A stretch of 64,000 bases of DNA. Source: Lama glama. Its lineage: Eukaryota. Under the pieces are notes generated by a model. The model worked only from the letters and a program-made list of their open reading frames with translations. It was not told the DNA's origin and did no database searches. The stretch lies in contig CM052818.1 of NCBI GenBank assembly GCA_028534125.1, forward strand, positions 20,028,001 to 20,092,000, written 5' to 3'. Each line of letters opens with the position of its first letter. Within the stretch, counting starts at the first letter, position 1. The position numbers were made by a program, and so were the translations under genes. This document shows, piece after piece, positions 10,670 through 25,496 of this stretch.

Positions 10670-13600
10670 GCAATGTATGGATGGAGATTCACTTTTTCTG
10701 CATTTGGATAGCCAATTGTTCCAGCCCCATTTGTTGAAAAGGTTATCCTTTCTCTACTAAATTACGTTGGCATTTTTGTCAAAAATCAACTGACCTTATC
10801 TGTATGGATCTACCTATGGACTTTACTTTGTTCCATTGACCTATTTTTCTCTCTTTACACTGTCTTTATTATTGGTATTTTTTTCAACTTCTTTATTGCT
10901 GTAGCTTAATGATATCTTGAAATCAGGTCATGTATATCTTCCAAATTTGTTCCTAGTTTTCAAGGTCATTTGTGTTACCATTTGAATTTTAGAATCAACA
11001 TAATTTCTATGAGAAAGCAAGCTGGAATTTTAATTGAAATTTCATTGAATCTATAAATAAATTTGGGAGCATTGACATCTAACCAATACTGAGTCTTTGG
11101 TTTATGAAAATGATATATCTCTTTATTTAGGTTTTCTTTAATTTTTTTTCAGCATGTCAGCACATTATTTCGTCTTCAGGGCATAGGTAATAAACATCTT
11201 TTGTCAAATATCTTTCTAGATATTTCAGATTTTTGATGTATTAAAATATTTAAAATTTTTATAATTGTTTTTGAATAGCACATGAAAGTACAACTGATTG
11301 TTTTTAACTGCTATCCTATAATCTTGCTAAGTTCATTTATTAGAAGCTTTCTTTGTTGACTCTGTAGGATTTTCTGTATAGATAATTATGTTATCTGTGA
11401 ATGAAGATAGTTTTACTTCCTTCTTTGCAGTCTGGAAGTCTTCTGCTTTTTGTTGATGCCTTAGTACAGTGGCTAAAACCTCTACTTCAGTGTTGATTAG
11501 AAGCGGTGAGAGCACTCATCTTTGCATTATTTATAATGTTAGGGGGAAAGTATTCAGTCTTTGACCATTAAGTAAGATGTTAGCTGTGGGCCTTTTATAG
11601 ATGCCCTGATTAAAGAAGGTCTTTTCTACTACTGGTTTGCTGAAAATTTTAAAATCAGGAATGGATATTTAATTTTATCAAATGCTTTTTCTATGTCTAT
11701 TGATGTGGTTTTTCTTTTTCAGCGTGTTAAAATAATGAATTACATTGATTGATTTTTCAAATGTTAAACCAGCCTTACATTCTTGGGATAAACATCTTTA
11801 CTCATCATGTGCTAACCTTTATAGGTACCCTTGGATTCAATTTGCTGAAAATTTTTAGAAGAAAAAAAATGTTTGTATATCATTTCTATGTTTATCAGGG
11901 ATACTGATATATGATTTTGTTTACTTGAGTGTCTGGTTTTGTGTAAGATTAATGCTGGATTCAAATAATGGTTTGGGAAGTAGTCCCTTGTCTGCAGTTT
12001 TTGAGAGGAGTCTGTATAGAATTGACATTATTTATTCTTTCAATGTTTGGTTGAATTCATCAATAAAACCATTGGAGCCTGGAGCTCTCTTTGAAAGATA
12101 AGAAGCTATTCAGGTTATTCATTTCTTCTTGAGTGAGCTCTAGTATTTTGTGTTTTTCAAGGAATTTGTCCATTTCATCTAAGTTTTTGAACGTATTGAC
12201 ATAAAATTATTCATATATTCTCTTATTATATCCTCTTGATATCTGTAGAATCCGTAGTGATATCATTTCTCTCGTTCCTGATACTGGCAATCCCATCTTC
12301 TCCGTTTTATTCCTGATTCATTTGACTAAGAGTTTATCTATTTTATTGACTTTTTCTAAGAACCTGCTTTTAGTTTCATTATTTTTCTCTATTCTCCTTT
12401 TTAAAATTTCACTGGTTTCTGCTCTTATCTTTCTTATTTATTTTATTCTACTTTCTTTGTTTTACTTTTCCTAATTTTTAAGATGGGTGCTGAGATCACT
12501 AGATTCAGACGTGTCCTCTTTTTTAATAAAAGCATTTCAGTTCTATGAATTTCCTTAAAATACTACTTTAACTAAATCTCACAAACTTTGGTATATTTCA
12601 GTTAGCAGTTTGATATTTTGTGTTTTCATTTCCCATCAACTAAAAATACTTTCAAATCTCCTTTTTAACTTCTTTGACCTATGTTTCTGAATATTTGGGG
12701 ATTTTCTAAATATTTTTCTATTACTATTTTCTAACATAATTCCACTGTCGTCAGAGAACATGCTTTACATGGCCTGAAGCCTCTTAATGTTCAGATGGGT
12801 CTTATAGCCCAGAATATGTTCTATCTTAGTAAATATTCTATGTGAACATTAGAGTAATGTATATTCTTCCATTGTTGGCTGGACTGTCCTATAAATATCA
12901 ATTATAGTTGATATTTTGTAAAGTTGGTTGAAAGTGTTTTCCAAATATTTTGTGTCCCTGTTCTATCTTTTTGTTCTGTCAGTTACTAGAGAGGCATTTT
13001 GACATCTCGACTATAATTTGGATTTTGCTATTTCTTCTTATGCATTTATAAATTTGCTTTATGTATTTTGAAACTCTGTTATTAGGTCCATATACATTTA
13101 GGATTATATCCTTTTGATGAATTGACCCCTTCCTTATTATGAAATGTCCCTGTTTATCTTTGGTAATGTTCTTTGCTGTGGTTATTGTTAGCGTGGTGTT
13201 CTATCTTTCTCTTTTTAACTGATCTTTGTTGTTATCAATAAAATGGTAGGTAGCATATAGTTAGGTCTTGTTGCTTTATGCAATCTGACATTTTCTATCA
13301 TTTAGTTGGAGATATTAGACCATTGACCTTTAATGTTATTAATAATACGGTTTGTCTATCTTATTATTTGTTTTCTATTTGTTCCATTTGTTATTTGTTC
13401 TCCTACTCCTCTTTTTCTACCTTCTTTTGGTTTTATTGCCTATTTGTTATCCTATTTTATTTTCTTTGGATTATAGTTATAATTCTTTTGCTTATTTAGT
13501 GGTTGTTTTAAGGTCTACCTTCAGGTTACATTATACTGCTTCATGTATAGTATAAACTTAATAACAATTGGATTTCCCTCCTTCTGACCATTGTGCCATT

Positions 13601-15380
13601 GTTGTCATACATTTTAATTCTATATATGTTGTAAGCCTCATAACACATTGTGATTACATTTGCTTTAAGTATTTAGTTGTGTTTTAAAGACTCTAAACAT
13701 AAGAACATAAACTTTTAAATATTTACCCACATATTAATCCTTTCTTTATTTCTTTATGTATTTGGTATCATTTTTCCTCTGCCTAAGACTTCTTTTAAGT
13801 TTTTTTTTTACAATGCAGATCTACTGCTGATTAATTTTTTTCAGCTTTTGTATTTGTTAAAAAGTATTTATTTTGTACTTGTTTTTGAAAAATTTTCATT
13901 GAATCTAAATTGTTGACAGTATTTTTTTCTCTGATATTTTAAAGATTTTATTCCACTGACTTCTAGCTGCCATTGTTTCTGATGAAAATTCTGTGTAATT
14001 GTTTTCTTTGTTACTCTTTGTATAGTGTATATTTTTTTTGTATGCCTGACTTTAAGATTTTTATCTTTATTGCTGGTTTTAAGTAATTTGATTGTGGTAT
14101 TCTTTGGTGTAGTTCTTCATTTTTCTTTTGCTTGGGGTTTGTTAATTTTTCTGTATCTCTGGACTTATGGTTTGTATCATTTTGGGAAAGTTTTGTCCAT
14201 TACTTTTTCAAATAGTGTTTCTGTCCTGCCTCTGCCTCTCCAGTTGCATGTATTTTGATCACTTGGTTCACTGAGGCTCTATTTTTTTTTCCCCCAGGTC
14301 TTTTCTTTCTGTTTCATTTTGGGTAGCTTCTATTGCTCTGCCTTTTAGTTCAGAAATCTTTTTTTTTTTGCAATATCTAATTTCTTGTTAATCCTATCCA
14401 GTATTTATTTTATTTCAGATATGAAAGTTTTCATTTTTAGAGTTTGATTTAGGTCTTTTTTTTTTTTTAACATTTTCCATGTCTCTACTTAACATATTCA
14501 ATCTTTCTTCTACCTTCTAATTTTATCATTTGTGATATGTTTTTATTGATTGACTCCCCCCTTCCCCTGCCCATTGTGTGAGTCGTATTTTCCTGTTTCT
14601 TTGCATGCCTGGTAATTTTTTTTTTTTAATTTGTTGCCGGACATTATGAATTTTACTCTTTTGGGTGCTATATATTCTTGTATTTCCACCAATATTCTTG
14701 AATTTTGTTCTGGTTTGCAATTAAGTTATTTGGAAACAGTTTGAAGCCATTGGGGCTTGCATTGAGGTAGGTGAGAACATTATAGACTTTAGTTTAGGGT
14801 TAACTTTCTCCACACTACTGAGCCAATACCCTTCTGGGTCCTCTACCTGATATATTATAACTTCTAAGGTTTTCTATTCTGGCTGATGGGAATACAAACT
14901 ACTCTCAGCCTTGTGTAAGCTCCAGTGATTTTTTCCCCTCTTCTATTTTTGAGTGGTCCTTTCCCCAGTCTCAGTATGAATTCAGGGATTCATTCCAGCT
15001 GAAGACTCAAGGGGCACCCTGTGCAGGTCTTTGGAGCTCTCCCCCTGCCCTCATGCAGCTCTCCCCTCTGTGATGCTCTGCCCTGTGAACTCTAGGTGCT
15101 TTGGGCTCCCCAGACTCCCATCTGTGTCTCCCCAGAGTCTCAGAAAGACTGCCAGACCCTGCCTGGATTCCCCACCCCTGAAAATGCTCTCTAGGCAGTA
15201 AGTCAGGGCAATAAGGGGGCTCACTTTGTTTCCCATCTCCCTGGGATCCTTGTTCTGCATCGTCTGATATCCAGTGTCTGAAAACTGCTGCTGTGGTTAT
15301 TTTTCCCCAGTGCTTCTACTGTTGAAGCTGGGAGGGTAAATCTAGTTTATATTACTCCATTTTGGCCAGAAACAGAAGCT
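10670..15380 (-). mobile_element. Long, old LINE-1 (L1M-type): ORF2, ORF1 region and 5' terminus
   Basis: ORF 11333-11515 (LSPLLIN...EVLA...EVKLSSFTDNIIIY.ENP) is a decayed L1 RT. T-rich antisense L1 texture throughout. The right end reads cttctgtttctggccaaaatggagtaa on minus, like an L1M 5' end. Confidence 0.85.
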
Positions 15381-17904
15381 CAACTAGATCTGAAGGCCTC
15401 AGAAACACTAACTCTTTTGAACTCAGTGGATATTGCCTTTCTACTTCCTATAGTGAACTGTCCCAAACTTAGCTCAGTATTCTAAATGACGTAGGGTAAT
15501 TTGAGCTAAAGCCTGATTTATAATTCTCATTGCTTCTAAGATTATAGGTATAATAAATCCATATTGGGCTTCTTAATATGCCATTAGATTCACTCAATGT
15601 CGATTTATTGCCTGCTGTGAGGTAGGCCCTTTCTAGGTACTGGGAGTACAGCAGTGAATGAATCATATGAGAATTCTCGCCCTTCTGGAACTTACGTTCT
15701 AATGAAAGATCGGTAGATTTTATCAGGTAATAGCTAGCATTAATTGAGTGATTACTACGTGCTAGGGACAATACAGGCTCTTTATATTAAACGTTTATCC
15801 TATCCTTAAAACAACCCTCTGTGGTATGTACCATGATTATGCTTATTTTATAAAGACAAGGAGAGGTAAATTACATGCCCAGGGTAGTAGAGTTAGTAGA
15901 GGGTTAGAGCTCAGATTCAAATTCTGTCTGCCCCAGAGTCTGGTCTAAGCACCATGTTACACTGCTTCTCTACGAATGGTAACTCAGATGGTTTCTGGAG
16001 TTGACTTAGCTCAGGTAGGCTTTTTTAGCTCAGGCCTCCATTAACACACAGCTTTACAAATCAAGGTCACAAGACAAATTGCCCCCGAGCCATTTAAGAG
16101 CTGCTCAGAACGTGGGGATCCAATCTGTCCTTGCCTTTGTCATCTCTACAGGCACTCCTTCCTGGTGCCTCCACGCCCCTTTCTGAAACAGCAACTCTCT
16201 CCGTCAGCTCACCTAAGCTCGCTGATCCGAGCACTGCTTCTAAAAAGAATGTCAATTTTTGTGCAATGATTGTAAACCAGGGCTTCTCTGTCCAATGTTT
16301 CATAAGAGGTGCAGGCAGGCTCCAGGCCCAGCTTTTCCACTGTCAACCTGCATTGCCACACCTTGTGGGGGAAATCAGGTCAAGAGTATTAAAAACCAGG
16401 CCCTTGGCAATTGATTGTGGACAGAAATCAGTTATGGGGTTGGGCTGAGCTGGCCATGACTGAAGAAAGATACCATCTGAGTTATTTAACTGGCGCTTTA
16501 AAGCTATCAGTCCTGTGCTATAGTATCTTTTATTTGCTTGGTCTACCTGATTCAGACCAAGTTTCTTGGGAGATGAATACAATCAACATTCAGTTAAGGA
16601 GAATTCCAGGAAAGTGCTTTACATGTTGTCTGCCATGTATGTGACTATAACTGGTGCATTCTTGTCCATTTATACTGGCTGTTTAAAAATCCTAAATATA
16701 AAGACATATAAATAAATATTATTTGTTTATTTATAAATCATGTATCAATTTTACAGTTATGAATCAATTAAAATAAAATAATAACTAAATACTAAAGATA
16801 GTAAAACTATTTTGGACACTATTGTCAACATAATGTGGTGATGGGTTGGTCCAATGATTTATTTTGTGAAATGTCAAAATAACCTTTGGGCTCTGAAAGT
16901 CATTCTAAATTTATAACTTCTGTTGGAAAATCATAATTTTAATGGCCGTATATGACTTAGAACAGCTTTTGGCCAATAACCACAAGTCTGTCTCCTACCC
17001 AAGTTGTGGATATTTGAGCCAAAACCTTAAAGGAAATATCAATATTTGGCTCGAGAGCAGGGGTTGGTCTATTTGTTATTTGCACAGTGGGCATATTTAT
17101 TTTATTTTTATGTTTTCAATCAGGAGCATGAGAACCCTTGGCTTTTATTTCTTCCTGCCCTCTTTGGGCTGTTCATTTTTGTGCTTGGCAGAAAGAAAAA
17201 CTTGAAGAAATTAGTTGCTCAAATGTGTGATTTCTTGGTGTGCCATGGCTGGTCATGATGAAGGTGTTCCCGGGACATTCACAGCCGTCCGGGTGCTTGT
17301 CAGGGGATACGAAGGTGCCCCTCTGTATAGACCTTGCAGCAGCATCAAGCATCATTTCTTGGTGTCCAGCTGGCTCCAGCACCCTGGGCCAGTAGAGGTT
17401 TTTTTCTGTTCTCCATGACAGTCATCGGCTGTTGGTGACATGAGGGGCTGACAGTGACCCCTGACATTTGGAGATGAGGGAAACAAGGACACGGGCAGTG
17501 CTGTGCGACTGTGGAGCCCGGAGGAGGAAGGTGTGCATGGCTCTGGGGCATCTCCAGGAGCTGATGTCGGTGAGGCCATGGGCATCTTAGCCTCTTCCAG
17601 CCCTTCTTGTCTGGAGTCCGTGTGTTGTAGGACAAGAGGACTGAGAGGGCATGGAAGGCCCTGGATTCTGTCCCTTGCTCACCATGGGACAGATAGTTCC
17701 CTACTGTGAAACGAGAGGGTGTAATGAATGAACTATCTGTCAGGTCCCTTTGAGGACACACATTCTGTGTTCTATGATCCCCACTTCTTGTGTTTTTTCT
17801 CTTTTCTGTCACCACTTTGGGGGCCAGACATTGGCACTGCGTGTGATTGAAATAGGATGCATGGGGGGCAATTTCTCCCCCTTTTGACTTCATTCTTTCT
17901 CATT

Positions 17905-18722
17905 TTCTCTTTTTTTTTAAGTTGAAAGATAATTGTTGTGTAATATTATGTTAGTTTCAAGTATACTACATAGTGATTTGATATTTGTAAACATTATGAA
18001 ATAATCACAATGATAAGTCTTGTAACTGTCTGTCCCCATGCAAAGTTATAACAATATTATTTACCATAGTCCTTATGCTGTGCATTACAGCCTTATGGCT
18101 TATTTATTTTATAACTGGAGGTCTGCACCTCTTAGTCCCCTTTACCTATTTCATCCCCCACCGTGCTCTCCCCACCCCCTCCCCACTTTGCAACCACCCA
18201 TTGTTCTCTGTATCTATGAGTCTGGTTTTGTTTTGGTTTGGTTTTTAGATTCCATATATAAGTGAGATTAAGTTCTCTAACTTATTTCACTTAACATAAT
18301 ACTCTCTAGATCCATCATGTTGTTGCAAATGGCAAAATTTCATGTTTTATGGCTGAGCAATATTCCCTTGTATATATATACCACATCTTTTCTACCCATT
18401 CATCTGATGATAGATGGACGCTTAGGTTGCTTCCATATCTTGGCTATTGTAAATAATGCTGCAGTGAACATTGGTGTGCATGTATCTTTTTGAATTAGCA
18501 TTTTTGATTTTTGGGGGGAAATACCCAGAAGTGAACTTGCTGGATCATCATATGGGAGTTTTATTTGTAATTCTGAGGGGGAACCGCCGTACTATTTTGC
18601 ACAGTGGCCGTACCAATTTACATTCCTACCAACAGTGCACGAGGGCTCCCTTTTCTCCACATCCTCACCGACACTTGTTATTTGTCACCTTTTTAATGAT
18701 GGCCATTGTGACAGGTGTGAGG
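17905..18722 (-). mobile_element. LINE-1 3' end, 5'-truncated
   Basis: Poly-T at ~17908-17918, then antisense L1 3'UTR and ORF2 end (ttagattccatatataagtgagat...ccatatcttggctattgtaaataatgctgcagtgaacat). Confidence 0.9.
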
Positions 18723-18972
18723 CAGTTCTCTCTCCTTTCTTATCCTCTCCTGCTCCCCAAAGTGAAAGTCCTGCGGAGGGCTCAGAACTTGGAGCGCCCC
18801 TCAGTAACTTCACAAGTTCATCTTGTGAATTATTGAACCAGGCGAGGCTCTTCTTGACTGACAGTTCTTAGCTAGATAACCTGTTGTGGTGTTGAGGGAA
18901 ATGCCAGGCGTTTCAAGTGAATTTGGCTGTAATTGAGGTGACTCAGGGAGCTGGCTCCTGGGGAGGGAGTGG

Positions 18973-19019
18973 GGTGTGTATGTGTGTGTGTGTGTGTGCG
19001 CACGCATGTGTGTGTGTAT
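18973..19019. repeat. (TG)n microsatellite, interrupted
   Basis: gtgtgtatgtgtgtgtgtgtgtgtgcgcacgcatgtgtgtgtgtat. Confidence 0.9.
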
Positions 19020-19639
19020 AACCTCACCTGAGCCCATGACTCATCCAGACGGGATCTGGGCCAGCAGCCCTTGGGGCGGAGGTTAACATCTTGAGACGCT
19101 TTTGTCAACAGAGCCTCAGCCTTGTCCGCATGTGGCCTGGGAGACATAACTGGACCTTGCAATAGCCCAGAGAGGGCTGGCTTGCTTCCACTTAGAGGAG
19201 CTGGTTTTGCCTCCCAGAGCTGAGCCAGTTCTTTCAGCCCTCCCCTCCCAGTGCCTCTGGGGGAGGGAGGTAGTTCTCTCCTGACCTCACTGGGCTCAGG
19301 GCCGTTATGCAACCCACTCCAGGCACCAGGAGAGGGCCAGGCCCGCCTGTGTTCTCTGTGGGCTGTGGGAAAGACGGCAGGGCAAGATGCCCAGTCCTAG
19401 GACTGGATTCCCTCCCTGTCAGCAGGAGAGAAGGGAGAGGTAGGTGCCTGCTGGGTCCTCCGGGGGAGTTTCCTGGCTGGACCGCTTCCCCTAGGACCCC
19501 CAGCAAGTCAGAGTCCCCTGCCCTCTCCTCCCTCGTCCTCATCCAGTCCAGACAGTCATCCCCCCACGGCTCTCATGACACCCAGCCTCCAGCCCCGGCC
19601 TCCCTGCTAAGCAGTGCACATACAGCCAGCATCTGAAGG

Positions 19640-19810
19640 TCACCATGGAGCAGAGGGGTTAAGAATGCAGGCTCTGAAAACCACACCACAACTCTGATAC
19701 AAGTTTTCAATTGCTCTGTGCCTCAGTTTTCTCAGCTGTAAAAGGGGATAATACAGCACTTTCTCAAAGGGTCCACCTGAGGTTTAAATGGAATAATTTG
19801 TCTAAACCTT
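19640..19810 (+). mobile_element. MIR SINE
   Basis: ggttaagaatgcaggctctg...ctctgtgcctcagttttctcagctgtaaaaggggataatacagcac. Confidence 0.7.
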
Positions 19811-22800
19811 CCAGATTAGTGTCCAGCACCTCTAAATTCTGTTTTTTCTCTTCTTTACCATCCAACCCCACTCCTGCTCCCATCTTCCTCGTCCTGGTGA
19901 ATGGCTCTGGGTTACCAAGGCATCCTGGACTCTGCCTGTTCCTCCTGCAGTCAGTCACTTCCAGGCCCCAGGAACTCAGCTCCTCTCCATACCTGCTGCC
20001 ACCATGTTGGTTTTGGACTCTTTTATTTCTCTTTTCTATCACACTAGGCTGCCCGTTGGGTCCCTTACCCCGAGTCTCACCTCTTCCAGTCCAGCAAATA
20101 CAACCACCAAACCTGATCATTACTAAAGGCCGCCAGTCGTGCTTTGTCCACCCTCCAGGGTGTGCACGGCCCGGCAACATCCGGCCTTTGCTGACCTTCT
20201 GGACTTTGTTCCACGTGCTCACAGGGAGCAACCGTGCCAAACTCCAGCCCGAGCTTCCTCCTCCTGCCTCTGGTCCTGCGGGTCTCGCTTCCTGCCACCA
20301 CCTCCCTGTGCCCTTCCTCACCTGCTGAATGCCTGCTTTTCCTTCAAGACGATTGTCTTAATAACTATGGTTACTGAACCTAGGAGCTGACACTTCTCTT
20401 TGTTTAATCTTTTTCATAACCGGACTGTGAAGTCGGTCTGGTTTCCAGAATGAGGAAACCGAGGCATAGAGAGTGAATAAGTTGCCCGAGCTCACAGGAC
20501 TGGGCAGAACCTGGGTGCAGACCCACGCAGCCAGCTCCAGAACGTGCACCCGACCGCTTCTCCAGGCTTCAAGACCCTCACGGCGCTGCCCTCCATGAAG
20601 CCCCCTGGCCTCCCCAGGCCCAGTGTGGTGCTTCCTCTCCTGTGCTGGCACCTGCTGTCCCTTTGTCACAGTGCTGGTCACATATTGCTTTCTCCTGGGA
20701 GCCTCCGGAGAGCAAGGACCACATTCTGTTCATTTCCACATCCCCACTGCCTGCAGTACTGGGCATGTGGTGGGTGCCTGATACAGATTATTAAGGAAAC
20801 AACTGAAGAGCCGTGAGTGACGTGTCACCCGTAGGACTGATGGGGTGCCTTCTTGTTTCCGCCAAACTGAAGTTTGGCCCTCCATTTCCAAGACCTCTGT
20901 GGGACTTGCCTCTTCTAGGAAGCCTTGCCCATCCTCACTCTCTTCTTTAGCTTGGAGCATTCCTTTCCCTCTCCCAAGGTCTTCGTGTGGATGGCCAGCT
21001 CTTGGTTAGGGCTGCCGATGGCTGAGGAGCCGCGAGGAGCCAGGAGACTTGGGAGAAGCTCTGGTCCTCTATGTTGTGGGAGAAGGAGGCTTGGTGGACC
21101 TGGATCATGTCATGCCCGCCTAGAGGGAGAGTAGAATGAAGAAGGCGGTGGGGTGAGGGCAGGGGACAGCCAGACCAGCAACGAGTTTGGTTAGGATATC
21201 CCTCTGCCACCACAGCCGCCTTCTCCCCAGTTCAAGTGACAGAGAAACAAGGAATCCGAGTGCACAACAGCCTGCCTCCTCATGACTGTCATCAGGGAAC
21301 CCATATACAGAATAAAGGAAATGTCTTTCTCACAAAGTATTCATCCTGAAACCAAAACGGAGTCAGGGCCAGGCAGGGCATTTTGAGGCCAATACAGAGT
21401 TCCCACAGCACCTAGAAGCTTCCCTCAGTCTGACAGCCTGTGTTTCAGGGGTGCCAACAGGATGGCAGTGGGGCAGCAGGACCCCACTGCTGGGCACCAT
21501 TCACACTTAGTCCCACATCGTCCTCACTGGGACTCTAGGAGCTGGGGGTCATGCCCTGCATGCAGAGGTGGAAACCGAGTCAGGAATTGGTTTGTCCGCC
21601 CCCAAGTGTCCATCCCCTGGGCAGTCTGGTGGCTCTGATGCCAGACACTTAAGATTTGGACTCATCTCTCCCTTTTAGTTTGTCAGTCCCATCAGGTGGG
21701 ATGCCCACCCTGGCCCCGGCCCGAGCTCCGGAGGAAGTGAGGTCTGTGAGCTTTGGCAGTATGGCCTCTTCCTCCAGGAAGCCTCCCCTCCTTAAGTGTG
21801 TGTTATTCCCAGATGCTTCCTGCAGTCTCTACCCCACGGTTCCTGTGGAAGCTGAAGCCCAGAGAGGGCTTGAACAGCCTGTTGGACACCTAGATATAGC
21901 TATTTGGGTATGAATGTGTCTGAATGGCCCTGTCCAAGTAACTGATTGTTTTTTGTTGCCAAGTAATATGTCCCACAGGCCTCCCTGAGTTGTCTTCCCC
22001 ACCTCTTCCCTGCCTCTCCCCCACCTCGGTCCCTACCCCTGACTTCCTCAGCATCCCTCAGCCCTTGCTTGTCCCTCAGACCTCAGAGGATATTGGGTGA
22101 GGGTCAGGGAGGGAAGAAAGCATTTGCACATTGCTTTTGAAAAACTACAGTGTTTTTCAAAAGCAAAAAGTTTAATGTGTGTGTGCGTGTTGCTGTGTTG
22201 GTTTCAGGTGGCATTAAAATGCCCCCACATGGCCCTCTTCCAGAGCGCTGAAGCTTGGGGATTTCCCTGGGAGGTGTCCCTGCAGAGGGTGGGACTCCCT
22301 GGCCGCAGTCTTAGCTCAGGCTGGGCCACAGGTTGGCTGGAAGTCAGAGTTCTCGGCCCCTGTGCCCTGCTGGCTCCCTTTTTGACAGTGAGAGGGGTGC
22401 TAGGAAACCTGTAGGACACAGAGCAGGGCTGTGCGTGCAGGGGGCAGGCCACCCCCAGGGCTCAGGCGGGTCCTCGGCTAGCCCAGCCAATCCCGGCGGT
22501 GGCCACAGGCCCCGAGGGGGAGCGCTTAGTGAGCTCCTGCAGGCTTTGGACCCAGGCCCCTTGAGCTCCAGCTCTGTCACTTACTGCCTGCGTGACCTTG
22601 GACCGGCTCCTCAACCACACTGAGGTGCACGTCCTCATTCACAAAAGGGGATAATGACACCTCTCCCTTGAGTTTGCCTTGAAGGTTAAATGCGATACAT
22701 CGGTGCGATACATCGGTCCGCTGTTCTGCCCTTCAGTTCCCACAACTGCCCCGGCCTGCGCTATCTGCACATGTACCCTGGTTTCCTCCCTCACCCCTGC

Positions 22801-22849
22801 CCTGACAGGACTGGCCTGAGAACATAGCAGAGTAGTAACAGTCTTATTT

Positions 22850-23040
22850 CCAAAAGGACTGTCTCTAGAACTGCGGTTGTTGCCTGGAGATAGGGATGGA
22901 AGAAGGGATTGTAAAGGGCACGAGGAAACTTTTGGGGCGATGGAAACCTTCACTGTCTTGATTGTGATGGTCTTGTAGGTGTGTGTCAAAAGCGGTTTAA
23001 ATATGCGCAGTTCGTTGTGCTTCACTTACATGACAAAGCC
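22850..23040 (+). mobile_element. Old LINE-1 3'UTR fragment (L1MC/L1ME-like)
   Basis: aaagggcacgaggaaacttttggggcgatggaaaccttcactgtcttgattgtgatggt is typical of L1M 3' ends. Confidence 0.65.
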
Positions 23041-25302
23041 TTCGGGGAGATGACTAAGAAGGTATTTCAGATGAGCACAAGGATGAGAATATGCCTTAAT
23101 GCTACATTCACAATGCATTAAACTACGACAGAACGTTGGGGAAAAAAAGCTTTGTCCGAGGTCATTTCAAGAGACCGTCACAGTTTATCTGTGTGCTGAA
23201 CTCATAAACATTGCAAGGACTGTATTTATGGTCATATTCCTCATGCCTGGCTCTGAGTGTAGTGTCTAGTAGGTTTGGAAAAAGATTGATGACTGACTGA
23301 ATGAATGAGTGGCTGTGGAAACTAAGATTCAGTTAAGAGGAGTGACTGGATGTGCCACCAGCTCTTCTATATCAAGCCTCCTTTGAAGCAGGAGAACATT
23401 GTCAACAGTTCCTTCCCCTGTCCCCACGTCCAGTCTGCCCAGGATGCTGTGCAGGACCTTTGGTGATCACCTCCCCTCTCCCCCTTGTCACCTGCGCCCT
23501 CCCCCAGAAAACCTGCTTTTCCAGTACGCATTTCCTGGGGCCTTAGCGGCTGTCGGACAGCCTCCCCTGCACACAGGTGGAAGGGTGCCTCCTAGGTGGT
23601 GCATCTTCTGTTCTGGAGGAATGCGGACCACGGGCGTCTCAGCCCCCCTCATCTGCATAATGAGGAACAGGACCCGATGGCCCCTGAAACCCTGCCCTTC
23701 GGTGGCGTCCTCTGGTGCTCACTCCTGGACGCCATTGTTAGGCCAGGACCATGTTCATTTGGATTGAGTTTACATTCTAACATGGTACAAAATTCAAAAG
23801 GTTACAGTAGGTAACGCTCCTGCCACCCTTACGGTCCTGTCTCGGGGAGCCCAGCCCCAAGGTGACCACTGCCGCTGTCCTTCACCTGTCCTTCAAGGGA
23901 TACTCCAACATGCGTAAACCTAGAATGAGGCTTGAGGACGGGGGCCAGGTTGGGTCGACACTCATTTGTTTTTAACACTGAAATGCTTTTATCTAAATGC
24001 CCCATAATTTATTCACACATTCTGACAGTGAGGCTTAAAAATAATACCACAGTGATCATCCTTGTCTACGTATCTTTGTGCACATGTGGAAGTGTAACTG
24101 TAAAAGTCCTAGAAGTAGAGTTGCTGCTTCAAAAGATGATTACGGCATTTCACGGGGTAGACATATGACCAAATTTCCTTTCAAAGATGTTTACAGCATA
24201 TACTTCCCCTCGTGACACATGGTGCCTGCCCATCTCCCCACTGACTTGCATCAGTCATATTTACCAAAGTGTTTTTCCAGTTAATGAAATTTTACTGAGG
24301 TAGAAAATTAATGTAGAAAAGCACACAAATCATAACTGTACAGTTAGGTTAGCTTTCCCAAAGTGAAACCTCTGAGGTCAGAAATAGAACATTAACAGTA
24401 TCCCAGAAGCCCCACTCCTGTGCTTTTTTTTTTTTTTTGTCTTTTCACTATTCACTGTTTTGTTCAAAGGTGATCATTATCTGACTTTTAACACCATGGG
24501 TTCGTTTTGCCCATATGGAACTTTTGCATAGAATTATAGTTGGTAATCTATTGCCTCTGGCTTCTAACACTCAGCATTGATGAAATTCATCCATGCTCTT
24601 GCCAGGTGTGGCAGCTTATTTCATTGCTGCAGCGTATTCCATTTTATAAATGTACCATAACTTATTTGTCCAGTCTTCTGGTGACAGACATTTGGGTTAT
24701 TTTTAGTCTCAGGCCATTGGGAATCATGCTGCTGAATGTACTTCCTTCTGCCCGTCCTGCAGGACAAATGAACTCAGTTCTTCTGGGTGTTTCTATGAGT
24801 AGACTAGTCGGGTGAGAGAAGATGCTTTATGTCCAGCTCCCCTAAGCGGCTGTACCAGTTTACACCTCCACCAGTGCTGTATGAGAGCCCCAGCTGCTTC
24901 ACGTCCTCTCCGGGGCTTGGTATTGATAGCTGTTTTCAACGTTGGCCTTTCTGGTGGGTGTCTGGTTTCTCATTTTGGTTTTAATTTCATTCTCCTGATG
25001 CCTGCTGAGTTTGGGCTCCATTTTGTTTTCATTGGCCATGAAAACTTTTGTGAAGTGTCTATCCAAGTCTTTTGTTCATTTTCCTAGTGCTTTCAAAATT
25101 GATTTGAGGAGTTCTTTATATATCCCAGACGTGAGTTTTTTGATCAGAAGTGAATATTGCAGATGTGGTCTCCCATTCTGTGGATTGCCTTTTCATGTCC
25201 AAGAAGTCTTGCCTACTTTGAGGTTATGAAGATATTCTTCTGTATTACCTTCTGGAAACTGTATCTTTCACATTTAGATCTCTATTCTACCTGGACATTC
25301 TA

Positions 25303-25496
25303 TTTTTTTAATTAAAAAATTTTTATTGAAATATAGTCGATTTACAATGTTGTGTTAGTTTCTAGTGTACAGCATAGTGATTCGGTTATACATGCTCCTT
25401 TTCATATTTTTCACTATAGACTATTATAAGATATTGAATATAGTGCTATAGAGTAGGACCTTTTTGTTTATCTGTTTTTATATATAGTAGTTAGTA
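25303..25496 (-). mobile_element. Short nested L1 3' end with target-site duplication
   Basis: T-rich tail, then attgaaatatagtcgatttacaatgttgtgttagtttc. Flanked by tctacctggacattcta (25286-25302) and tccacctggaaatttta (25497-25513), 14/17 identical. Confidence 0.75.

Noticed and set aside
19711..20328. 205-aa and 185-aa overlapping ORFs on opposite strands
   Set aside because: They overlap a MIR and L2-like pyrimidine-rich sequence, with no protein family resemblance.
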